From an uncultured virus (IMG/VR IMGVR_UViG_3300035080_000019) (taxonomy: Duplodnaviria > Heunggongvirae > Uroviricota > Caudoviricetes), in IMG/VR virus record IMGVR_UViG_3300035080_000019: 64,000 bases of DNA; one strand, given 5' to 3'. The notes below the pieces were generated by a model, which saw only the letters and a list, made by a program, of their open reading frames with translations, ran no database searches and was not told the DNA's origin. Each line of letters opens with the position of its first letter. Position 1 is the stretch's first letter. Below, piece after piece: positions 29,113-37,153 of the stretch. A program made the position numbers and the translations under genes.

Positions 29113-29400
29113 ATGCAATCGAAGGAAGAAGCCCAGCACGATGAAGCGCAGAAGCTGTTTGAGAAATTACTGAAACGGTCGCGGCACTTTGCTGATGTGA
29201 CGAACACACGCCGGGTGGCGTCTGGAGAGGTGATAGCCGCCTTAGTTGGCACCTTTGTAAGCCACGACAAGGACCTGGCACCGGTCATGGTGATGACGCT
29301 ACAGAAACTGCAAATCCCGACTGGTCGGCCAAGCATTGACTCTGAACGTCAGATCCTGACGCGGCTGGCGCTCCAGGCCCTGGCCCCTGCACGCGCATAG
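29113..29400 (+). CDS. Small antisense hypothetical protein (copy 2)
   Basis: GGGGGA RBS before MQSKEE; its 3' end overlaps the cro ORF tail on the opposite strand. Confidence 0.4.
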   Translation: MQSKEEAQHDEAQKLFEKLLKRSRHFADVTNTRRVASGEVIAALVGTFVSHDKDLAPVMVMTLQKLQIPTGRPSIDSERQILTRLALQALAPARA

Positions 29401-29599
29401 TGTGATGGGGCTCGGTGGACACTGTTCGCGCATGAAGCGCCTCAATAGCGCGCAATGTGCTGGCCTTACAGTCAGCCTGCCCTTTCAAGATCCGGTGCAC
29501 AGTCGGCTGAGAAACGCCAATCTCGCGAGCCAAAAGAGGTTCGCTCCAGCCGGTGGCAGAGCGGATTTCTTGCATCAGAGTGCCAATGTCTTTGTCCAT
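29285..29599 (-). CDS. Cro-like HTH regulator
   Basis: LAREIGVSQPTVHRILKG HTH; divergent from the repressor. Confidence 0.8.
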   Translation of the reverse strand: MDKDIGTLMQEIRSATGWSEPLLAREIGVSQPTVHRILKGQADCKASTLRAIEALHARTVSTEPHHTMRVQGPGPGAPAASGSDVQSQCLADQSGFAVSVASSP

Positions 29600-29604
29600 A
29601 CCCC

Positions 29605-29682
29605 ATTCTATACGCGAATGGATAGATCATCAATACCTGAATGAATAGAAATTTGCTGCTTTGCTATACGCGCACGTATATT
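29605..29682. promoter_or_regulatory. OR-like region: three 16-bp operators with divergent promoters
   Basis: TATACGCGAATGGATA 29609-29624, AATACCTGAATGAATA 29632-29647, TATACGCGCACGTATA 29665-29680; leftward TTGATG-N17-TAGAAT, rightward TTGCTG-N18-TATATT. Confidence 0.7.
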
Positions 29683-29688
29683 GCCCCA

Positions 29689-30402
29689 ATGAGTAATATT
29701 GCCTCCCGTTTGGACGATGCAATGACTGCGGCTGGATTTGAGTCGCAGAGCGCCTTGTCGCGGGCATCAGGCGTACCCCAACCTACGATTAATAGAATTC
29801 TGAAAAACGTGGGGAAGGGCCAGCCCGAAGTAGGCACGATCCGCAAATTGGCCGCCGCTTGCAATGTCAGCTTCAACTGGCTCAATGAAGGCATTGGCGA
29901 AATGGGGCGCGCCCAAAAAGTGGAACTCCGCGACCCAGCGTCCATCATCAAGGATGCTGCAGCGCCCAAGCCAACCATTGTCGAGATTCCGCTGGTCAAG
30001 CTGAAGGTTTCAGCAGGCATCACAGGATTTCAGGCCGAACTAGACGAGACTGAGTTTGGTATGCCAGTCGCTGTAACTCAGCGATGGGTGGACGCGAATG
30101 GTTTGGTTATGGAGAAATTGATCGCCGTGAGGGTTCAAGGCGATAGCATGGAAGATACCCTTTCAGACGGCGACACCGTAATAATCAATACAGACTCTGT
30201 AGCCCCTAAAGACAACAAGATATTTGCTGCAAACTTTGGCGGCGAGGCTGTTGTAAAGCGCTTAGTTAGGGACTTTGGTCGATGGTTTCTTGTTTCCGAC
30301 AACCCCGACCAGAAGCGCTACCACCGCGAAGAGTGCACCTTAGAGACCTGTCTCCTGATCGGGGAAGTCGTTCAGGCACAGCGCAATTTCCTCAAACGCT
30401 GA
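29689..30402 (+). CDS. CI-like repressor (HTH + S24 peptidase)
   Basis: SGVPQPTINRIL HTH, SAG cleavage site, GDSM serine and VKRL lysine. Confidence 0.92.
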   Translation: MSNIASRLDDAMTAAGFESQSALSRASGVPQPTINRILKNVGKGQPEVGTIRKLAAACNVSFNWLNEGIGEMGRAQKVELRDPASIIKDAAAPKPTIVEIPLVKLKVSAGITGFQAELDETEFGMPVAVTQRWVDANGLVMEKLIAVRVQGDSMEDTLSDGDTVIINTDSVAPKDNKIFAANFGGEAVVKRLVRDFGRWFLVSDNPDQKRYHREECTLETCLLIGEVVQAQRNFLKR

Positions 30403-30466
30403 TTTGATTTCACACACCTGATTTGCCCTGCCCCGGCATAGGGGCAGCTTCCCTCTCGCCAGAAAT

Positions 30467-30508
30467 TATTCATTTGCGTATTGATTTATCTATCCATTCG
30501 CGTATAGT
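30467..30508 (+). promoter_or_regulatory. OL/pL-like region: two operators over a sigma70-like promoter
   Basis: TATTCATTTGCGTATT 30467-30482 and TATCCATTCGCGTATA 30491-30506 (inverted copies of the OR sites); TTGATT...TATAGT. Confidence 0.7.
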
Positions 30509-30540
30509 CTCTCTCACCGACATCCATTCGTGAGAGAAAA

Positions 30541-30864
30541 ATGGCAAATATTTCTGAAGGCAAATTCAATTTCCTCGCTCACCGAGGCGGTAACGAAGCT
30601 CACCACATCTTGGAGGAGCAGCGCTTTGATACGAAGGCCAACGCACCTGCGGGCGCTATTGTTATCTATGGCCCACAAGGGTGCGGAAAGACCCGCCGAG
30701 CCAAGGAATTGCTAGCCTATTTCAAGAAGGACCGAGTCATTGATGACTGGCGCCCAGGCCAGCGCATCCCCGGCAATGCCATCGCTCTCACGAATTTCCG
30801 CGTGAAGGGTGCGATCTCCTATGCCGAAATCAAGGCAAAGCTGACTGCACGGGGCCAAGCATGA
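30541..30864 (+). CDS. Small P-loop-containing early protein
   Basis: IVIYGPQGCGKT Walker A, VIDDW. Confidence 0.6.
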   Translation: MANISEGKFNFLAHRGGNEAHHILEEQRFDTKANAPAGAIVIYGPQGCGKTRRAKELLAYFKKDRVIDDWRPGQRIPGNAIALTNFRVKGAISYAEIKAKLTARGQA

Positions 30865-31127
30865 AAGCCTCGATCACTCTCGAATTCGATGCACAAGGCC
30901 TCAGCGGTTACACCGATGAGTTTGTGGCCGCTCTGTGGCACGCCTCCCAAGCCCAAAGCAAGCCCTTCGGCGACAAGGAAGCCTGCGAAACCGTCGAAAA
31001 GATCGGTCGCGAAATCATTCGCCGCTTCCTCGCGAACACTAGCCCCGCGCTGTGGCATTTCCAAGGTCGCCACATTGACCTTGCCCGGGTGATCAAGGCC
31101 GAGGCATCTGCGCAGGAGCCCAACTGA
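30861..31127 (+). CDS. Hypothetical early protein
   Basis: ATGA coupling with the upstream gene. Confidence 0.6.
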   Translation: MKASITLEFDAQGLSGYTDEFVAALWHASQAQSKPFGDKEACETVEKIGREIIRRFLANTSPALWHFQGRHIDLARVIKAEASAQEPN

Positions 31128-31137
31128 ATGGCCGCGA

Positions 31138-31407
31138 TCAAAACTCCGGCGCATCAAAAGGCGGCGGCGTTCCTTGAGCTCGCCGTAACACTGCCTCGGC
31201 CTCCAGTGCCTGAAGCGCGCGTTCAGCGATTTTTCCACTCAGTTGTGGAGCTCCTGGAGTCGAAATCGCCTTTATTGATTTCTCCAAATCGAAGCGCAAG
31301 TCGTCCAGATCAACCTGCCGCGACAGCGCAACAGCCAGTGCGCCGACAACGTCCCCGATAGCAATAGACATCTCGGCAAAACACTGCTGCACGAACTTTT
31401 CATCCAT
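31138..31407 (-). CDS. Small antisense hypothetical protein (copy 3)
   Basis: GAGGGG RBS; similar to 27962-28195. Confidence 0.5.
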   Translation of the reverse strand: MDEKFVQQCFAEMSIAIGDVVGALAVALSRQVDLDDLRFDLEKSIKAISTPGAPQLSGKIAERALQALEAEAVLRRAQGTPPPFDAPEF

Positions 31408-31441
31408 TTTTCGCCCCTCTCATTGAACAGGTGATTCTCCC

Positions 31442-31585
31442 ATGAAAGCCTTTCTTTTGATCGTCACGCCTTGGGCTGGCGACACTATCAGAATACATAC
31501 CATCGCCGATAGCACCGCTGGCGCTATCGAGCAGCACATTCTGGACTTCTGGCCCTATAAGAAAATCGAAGCGAGGCCAGCATGA
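31442..31585 (+). CDS. 47-aa hypothetical early protein (below the ORF-track cutoff)
   Basis: AGGTGA RBS, MKAFLLIVTPWAGD...EARPA, ATGA overlap with the next gene. Confidence 0.5.
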   Translation: MKAFLLIVTPWAGDTIRIHTIADSTAGAIEQHILDFWPYKKIEARPA

Positions 31586-31833
31586 TGAAGTATCTGCAGA
31601 TCATTTTGGCCGCCGCGCGACAGCTCTTGATCGGCGCGCTCGCAACGGCGGCATTACTCGGCGCCTATGCGATTGCTGGGCCAGAAAGCGAATCGACGGA
31701 CCTCGCCGAGGAGGCTGTGCCGATTCTGCTTACGCCCCCGATTCAGGAGCAGCTCGACGCCCTCTGCGCCGCCGCTTGGCCTGATGATGAAATGCACGCC
31801 GAAGCGAGGCGGCGCGCCTGCGCAAAGGATTAG
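31582..31833 (+). CDS. Hypothetical protein with an N-terminal hydrophobic segment
   Basis: Operon context, GAGG RBS. Confidence 0.5.
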   Translation: MMKYLQIILAAARQLLIGALATAALLGAYAIAGPESESTDLAEEAVPILLTPPIQEQLDALCAAAWPDDEMHAEARRRACAKD

Positions 31834-31837
31834 CTCC

Positions 31838-32047
31838 ATGCCAGGCGAGTTCGACCAACCGGACGATCAACTCCGCCGCGCGCACCGAGAGTGCCGCCTA
31901 TCCCAACCATTTGAGCAAGCCATGAAGACGCCGTACTTTGCGGCCCTGATCAGACTAGTCGCGCGCAAAAACTGCCGCGAAGACGCGCGCATGAAGCAGC
32001 TGCGCGCCAACGATAGAAAACTGGCCCAAGCCAATGACCATGACTGA
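31838..32047 (+). CDS. Hypothetical early protein
   Basis: AAGGA RBS; D.K..QAND C-terminal motif typical of betaproteobacterial phage early genes. Confidence 0.55.
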   Translation: MPGEFDQPDDQLRRAHRECRLSQPFEQAMKTPYFAALIRLVARKNCREDARMKQLRANDRKLAQANDHD

Positions 32048-32534
32048 CTACTTTTTCGATCTTCCAACATCAGCATCCAGCCTGAGCGTTTACAGCGACA
32101 TCGAGCGCTACGACCCGACCGCGCCGCGTGACTTTCGTCCTTTCTCCATCGGCGAATTCGTGATCCGGCGTCTCCCGCTGCGCGGCGCACTGTACACCGA
32201 TTATTACATCCTCCATGAAGGCGCAGTGATCGGTCACCAGATCAGCTTCCCCAGCGAGGAAGATTGCCGCATGTACCAGCGCCGTCAAGCAAACCTCCGC
32301 GCCAGTATTGCCCAGCAGGCTCCAGCAGTGGAAGCACCACTTTTCGGAGATGTGGTGCTACAGGGGCGCATCGCCGCCCTGCTCGGTGCCGGCGGCGAAA
32401 TGGATACCACATCCGTCGCATATGCCCTCCGTATGCAGGTTTCGACGATTTCCCCTGTGCTCGAAAAAATGGCGAACGAGCACCGCATCTACCGTCGCGG
32501 CACGCGCCACCGCTACACCTACCGCGCCGCCTGA
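32034..32534 (+). CDS. Hypothetical protein with a probable C-terminal winged helix
   Basis: G.QISFPS..DC motif, then a helix-turn-helix-wing-like C-terminus. Confidence 0.5.
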   Translation: MTMTDYFFDLPTSASSLSVYSDIERYDPTAPRDFRPFSIGEFVIRRLPLRGALYTDYYILHEGAVIGHQISFPSEEDCRMYQRRQANLRASIAQQAPAVEAPLFGDVVLQGRIAALLGAGGEMDTTSVAYALRMQVSTISPVLEKMANEHRIYRRGTRHRYTYRAA

Positions 32535-32564
32535 CCCTGGCGCATTCCCATCGAAAGGACAGCT

Positions 32565-33263
32565 ATGTTCAAAGCACTGCAGGAGCTTGCCAGTAAGTCG
32601 ACGCTCCTCATTTCCATCGCACCAGAGGGCGACCTCATGCGCGTCAACATTACCCCGGTTAGCAAAGACCCGGATACCGTACCAGCACTGAGACCGCTGT
32701 CGCTCTTGGCCAGCGCAGACGAACTGGACCGCGACTTCGTCCAGGCCATGCAGATGTGGAGCACTCCCCGCCGCTCCCTGCTAGATCAAGTCGCCGCAGC
32801 CGCCGAGCAAGAGGACGCTGAAGACAGAGCAGCGACGATGTCCGGTGGAAAAGCTGGCAGCAAGGAAGGTAAGCAAGGGAAAGGCAGCCTCAAGGGTGGC
32901 AAACAGCAGAACAAAAATACCGAGCCGTCTCCTGCAGCCAAGTCGGCTGATGCCGCACCGAACGCTGAAAGCACGCCGAAGCATGAATATCCTGGATCGC
33001 AGACGCCAGCCATCGCGCCGAACGCGTCGCCCCAAGCCGCGCCATCTCCCGATAAGTCCGACGAAATACCCAAAGCCATCGAGAGCGGCAACCAAACGGG
33101 CACTAGCGAGACCATTCCGGCAACTGCACTCGACAATGACTGGCAGACCACGCCGGCAAGCAATCAACCACCTCCAGTGTCCGACAGCGAGGCTGGCAAA
33201 GCCGCTTCTACCCCAACTCCCGCTGCGCAGTCCAGCGGGGCTTTCTCCGACATCGAATTCTGA
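32565..33263 (+). CDS. PRTRC system protein E
   Basis: MF..L, .V...P, L.PLSL..S..ELD..F N-terminal domain, long low-complexity linker, acidic-Phe tail. Confidence 0.8.
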   Translation: MFKALQELASKSTLLISIAPEGDLMRVNITPVSKDPDTVPALRPLSLLASADELDRDFVQAMQMWSTPRRSLLDQVAAAAEQEDAEDRAATMSGGKAGSKEGKQGKGSLKGGKQQNKNTEPSPAAKSADAAPNAESTPKHEYPGSQTPAIAPNASPQAAPSPDKSDEIPKAIESGNQTGTSETIPATALDNDWQTTPASNQPPPVSDSEAGKAASTPTPAAQSSGAFSDIEF

Positions 33264-33274
33264 AAGCCATCATC

Positions 33275-33664
33275 ATGCAATCCCAAGAACTGATCCGCGA
33301 ATTCAAGTACGGCAGCGTTAAGCTGGCAGATCCCAGCTCCTCCTTTTCGCTCACCCAGGTGCGCGAGTTCTACGCGAACCACTATCCCGAGCTGCTCAAT
33401 GCAGACATCGAAGGGCCGGAAATGGTGGGCAACCGCCAGATCTACACCTTCCGGCGCGCAGTCGGCACAAAGGGACTCGACAAGCGTGAAGCCTTGCGTA
33501 CCCTGAAGGAAAAGGGAACGCTGATCGGGGCTGCACCTCATTCCACGCGCAACTCTGCTCGGCCGAACACCCCTATCGCGCTGGCGCTGCAGGAGGTGCT
33601 TCGCGCCCCGCTGCGCGGCGACACATTCGCGCCCAATAGCTACGACATTTCGGTGCTTCCATGA
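33275..33664 (+). CDS. PRTRC system protein C (prokaryotic ubiquitin-like) with a C-terminal extension
   Basis: L.REF.Y....L.DP...S..QVR.FYA..YPEL.NA.IEGP......YTF.RAVGTKG. Confidence 0.85.
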   Translation: MQSQELIREFKYGSVKLADPSSSFSLTQVREFYANHYPELLNADIEGPEMVGNRQIYTFRRAVGTKGLDKREALRTLKEKGTLIGAAPHSTRNSARPNTPIALALQEVLRAPLRGDTFAPNSYDISVLP

Positions 33665-34689
33665 AACTGGACGCTCGAATCACTCCCTGGGTTTTGCCAC
33701 AGCTCAGTTCGGCCATTCCGACCGCCATCTGGCCCGCTGGAGCGAGTAAGCGACCAATTGCGCGCGATCTCGCTATATGCCTATTGCAGACTGATCTGAT
33801 TGATGAGGCAGACCTTCAGACTGCACGAGATGAGACCGAACTCTGCAAGCTGGCCCTCTCCCGCTGGTGGAATGAACATGCGCGCGGCCTTAGTCTCTTC
33901 CGGCTGCAGCCATCCATTCAGACAACTCGGAACATCGGACATTACGGCAGCATCGCCGACGCCGCTTTCTGCCTGGACGTAGAAGATCGATTCCCCCTAC
34001 TGACAATGGAGAGCGCGATCAGCCACCTGGAGGAGGAGCACCAAGGTCTTGGCCAAACAGTTCTGGCTCTCCTCTACGACGCTTTGACCTACCTGCCGTA
34101 TACGCTCAGCCCCAACACCGTCTTCGGCCTGGCCCAGTATTACTACTGGGGAGGCGAGGAAGACGAAATCGCGTATGTAGAGAACACGGACGCGATGGCA
34201 GATAGTGGGGCATCGACCGTCGAGCAGTTCTTCTCGGAAAACGAGGTATTTAGAAAGGCGGACTTCTTTCGGAATGTCCCTAAGTGGCTGGTGACTCCAC
34301 AACGCGTCTGCACTCGCAAACAGGCCCTACGGACCGCTGAAACTTCACTGACCCGAGACGTCATCGCTGCGTGCGACGAAGTAGTTGCGTGGGGCCAGCG
34401 CCAGGAATTCGTCCAGCGTGCGGATATCACCGCCTGTCGCATTGATGCCTGCGTTGATCCCATCAGCGCAACTATGGCATTGGCGTGGAGCGACGACGAC
34501 GCTACTACTCGAATCATCGACGATGCCTTTAGCCTGTTTATGCAAGGGGAGTCCACCGAAATGGTGACTGTCAGCGAACTACAGCTCGATGTCCGCTCTG
34601 TAAAAAAACGGTTGAGGGCCATGGAAGAAATGCTCGGACTTGCGCGTCGAGTCGAAGAACTGATTCTCCTAATAGGAGCGCGCGCATGA
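33661..34689 (+). CDS. PRTRC system protein F
   Basis: LE....GLGQTVL, YW.GE.DE, P.W, RI.DD motifs; between C and B. Confidence 0.75.
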   Translation: MKLDARITPWVLPQLSSAIPTAIWPAGASKRPIARDLAICLLQTDLIDEADLQTARDETELCKLALSRWWNEHARGLSLFRLQPSIQTTRNIGHYGSIADAAFCLDVEDRFPLLTMESAISHLEEEHQGLGQTVLALLYDALTYLPYTLSPNTVFGLAQYYYWGGEEDEIAYVENTDAMADSGASTVEQFFSENEVFRKADFFRNVPKWLVTPQRVCTRKQALRTAETSLTRDVIAACDEVVAWGQRQEFVQRADITACRIDACVDPISATMALAWSDDDATTRIIDDAFSLFMQGESTEMVTVSELQLDVRSVKKRLRAMEEMLGLARRVEELILLIGARA

Positions 34690-35444
34690 GCAGAGTTCAA
34701 CTACGGAGTCGATCGACCAGCTTCGGCATTGTTGAGGCAGAAGCATCAAAAGAAATGGATTTGATCGGAGCTCTCCTACTCTACTCATCCAGTGATGGCC
34801 GCTCGTTATACGCCAGCAATCACCAGGTGATCTATGCAGAGGATGCACCAGATGTTCCTCTGCTCGGGCCAGGAAGTTCTCCCAGCAAAAAGGTTCTCGC
34901 ACAGCTTGGAGAGAAGATCTCCACGGTCGCCGCGTTTGCTGGCTTTATCCCGGAAAACTTACTGTACATGGCACCCCAATTGATTGCTTGGTGGTGCCCT
35001 CCCCAGTCGCGTCACCTTTGGTTCAAGACTCAAGACGGTGTTATCGGCGAGGTGAGCGCCTCCATCATGCAGCCAGGCGTGATCTTTCTGGTGAGCTCGG
35101 GCCGCCTGCATGTGTTTTCGACAGCTAGTGTGGAACGCCCACTGCCGGAAACCTCGCTTTACAAAGCCCCCTATTTCAACGTCTGGGAGAACGGCGAAGT
35201 CTGCACCGGGAATGTGGCCATGCCCAAGTCAATGGACGCAGAGGCGATGAAGGACTACGAGCGCGCATTCTATGGCAGTCGGTTCACCCATCCAAACGAT
35301 CCCAACTTAGTCGGTTGCCAGGGTGGCGCCATTCCGATGTGGAAGCACTTGCTGGATAACCCTAACGCTGCATGGGAGTGGGCCAAATGGCTAGTGCCAT
35401 GCAAATCCACTCTTGCGCAAAAAATTAAGGAACTGACCAAATGA
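34686..35444 (+). CDS. PRTRC system protein B (E2-like)
   Basis: WW.P, RP...T.LY.APYFNVW..G.VC.GN (candidate catalytic Cys), F..S.FTHPN. Confidence 0.85.
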   Translation: MSRVQLRSRSTSFGIVEAEASKEMDLIGALLLYSSSDGRSLYASNHQVIYAEDAPDVPLLGPGSSPSKKVLAQLGEKISTVAAFAGFIPENLLYMAPQLIAWWCPPQSRHLWFKTQDGVIGEVSASIMQPGVIFLVSSGRLHVFSTASVERPLPETSLYKAPYFNVWENGEVCTGNVAMPKSMDAEAMKDYERAFYGSRFTHPNDPNLVGCQGGAIPMWKHLLDNPNAAWEWAKWLVPCKSTLAQKIKELTK

Positions 35445-36193
35445 ACGCTATTGCTTTCGACAAACTGCAGAACACTATCACCACTGCCATCAAGGAGATC
35501 GCAACACTGCGAGAAGCGACGGACTTCCTGCACTCGCTCTACCCCATCGCCGCAGCCGGCGACGACCCGGCCGCGCCGCTCGATCAGGCCAGCTTCCGGG
35601 CTGCACCTGTGGCGGTTGTTCCACAACACGGCCTGTTCATGCCTATCGAGGAAAACAAGCACCGCTTTCTGCTGGCGCGCGATGGTCTCTATCTGGAGGT
35701 GCGTCGCCCTTGGCTCCACTCTATCGTCCGCCTGAGCGAGCAGCGCGCCGTGGCCATGCCGTTTGGCGAGATTTCCCCTCGTAACCAATTAGCCTTCGGC
35801 CGACTCAGTTGCGCCATTGATCTCATGCGCGCCTTCTCCAGGCGAGCCATCAGCAATCTGCCCAACGAAGATATCTGCCACATTGCATGGGATAGCGAAG
35901 CTGGCCAATTGGTGCCTGTCCAGTTGCAGATCGAGGACGCCACTCCAGGCTCGATTCGCTATCGCACTGACACTCTCCCGGCCCACCAGTCGCTGGCCAT
36001 CGATATCCATAGCCACGGCGCACTTCCGGCCTTCTTCAGCGATCAGGACAATCTAGATGATGCCGGCAGTGTTAAATTTGCCGGGGTCATTGGCAATCTG
36101 GATACAGACAGCCCTACCGTTACCTTCCGTCTCTGCATGTTGGGGCTTTACGCGCCCATCACAGTACCAGCGGACAAACTGTTCGGAGGGTAA
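35441..36193 (+). CDS. PRTRC system protein A (JAB/JAMM metalloprotease)
   Basis: PNE plus HSH-x7-S-x2-D (DIHSHGALPAFFSDQD); G.YLEVRRPW. Confidence 0.88.
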   Translation: MNAIAFDKLQNTITTAIKEIATLREATDFLHSLYPIAAAGDDPAAPLDQASFRAAPVAVVPQHGLFMPIEENKHRFLLARDGLYLEVRRPWLHSIVRLSEQRAVAMPFGEISPRNQLAFGRLSCAIDLMRAFSRRAISNLPNEDICHIAWDSEAGQLVPVQLQIEDATPGSIRYRTDTLPAHQSLAIDIHSHGALPAFFSDQDNLDDAGSVKFAGVIGNLDTDSPTVTFRLCMLGLYAPITVPADKLFGG

Positions 36194-36194
36194 G

Positions 36195-36956
36195 ATGCCG
36201 CATTACACTCATCCCCATCTGTTGGAGCAGGTGGTAGAGATTGATCTTATCGGCTGCGGCGGAAACGGCTCGCAGATGCTCACGGGCCTGGCCAGGCTGG
36301 ACCATGCACTGCAGGCGCTCGGGCACCCTGGCTTGATGGTCCGCAGCTGGGACCCTGATGCGGTGAGTGAAGCTAACCTGGCACGCCAGCTCTTCACGCG
36401 CGCCGACGTTGGCCAATCCAAAGCCATCGTGCTGACGCATCGCATTAATGCGTTTTTCGGATTGAACTGGAAGGCATATCCCGCGCGCTATTCTGGGCAA
36501 GAGAATGCCGGCATGGTGATCGTGTGCGTCGATAGCATAGCGGCGCGGCACGAGATCGATCAGCAGATTAATAGCTGGAGTCGGGAGCCTCACTATGTGA
36601 TAGACCTCGGCAACCGGGCAGCCGATGGCCAGGTCATCCTTGGCCAGCCGAGAACACATATCACCGCTGGTGAGCGCCATCAAGCAGGGCACGTGCGCTT
36701 GCCCTATCCCTATGACTTGCTTCCCGAACTGGTGAACGTCGCAATTCCTGAAGACGACACCCCAAGCTGCGGCCTGGCCGAGGCACTTGAAAAGCAAGAG
36801 CTGTTCATCAATCAATCCATTGTCACGCCGGCACTCCAGCTTCTTTGGGAAATGTTCCGTCATGGCCAGCTCAACTGGCACGGGGCATTCGTGAACCTGA
36901 AGAGCGGCCGCATGGCACCCATAGCGGTGAAGGAGTTCCAGGAGATATCCCCATGA
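36195..36956 (+). CDS. PRTRC ThiF-family (E1-like) adenylating enzyme
   Basis: GCGGNGS, D.VS.ANL.RQ, CVD, DLGN, PSC.LAEAL..Q.LFINQ. Confidence 0.9.
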   Translation: MPHYTHPHLLEQVVEIDLIGCGGNGSQMLTGLARLDHALQALGHPGLMVRSWDPDAVSEANLARQLFTRADVGQSKAIVLTHRINAFFGLNWKAYPARYSGQENAGMVIVCVDSIAARHEIDQQINSWSREPHYVIDLGNRAADGQVILGQPRTHITAGERHQAGHVRLPYPYDLLPELVNVAIPEDDTPSCGLAEALEKQELFINQSIVTPALQLLWEMFRHGQLNWHGAFVNLKSGRMAPIAVKEFQEISP

Positions 36957-37153
36957 GAAAAAGCGGAGAAGGACGACGCCCGAACTCCCCGTTCGTGGCT
37001 GCTGATATTCTTCAGAACACATCAAACATGCGGCCCTTGATCCGCTTGCTTGCATCCCAGGCCGTGAAAAGCTGGCTGGCCGGCAACCCACCCAATACAG
37101 CGACGTCAACAACAAACGATGGTAATGAAGGCAACGATCTACGCACGGTATAG
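36953..37153 (+). CDS. Small protein upstream of the integrase (candidate recombination directionality factor)
   Basis: AGGAG RBS, ATGA coupling, LIRLLASQA helix, overlaps the integrase start. Confidence 0.45.
   Translation: MRKSGEGRRPNSPFVAADILQNTSNMRPLIRLLASQAVKSWLAGNPPNTATSTTNDGNEGNDLRTV

Noticed and set aside
30541..37153. ParB or ParM partner of the PRTRC cassette, or Red/RecET recombination genes
   Set aside because: No ORF of suitable size or motif content recognised in the early operon
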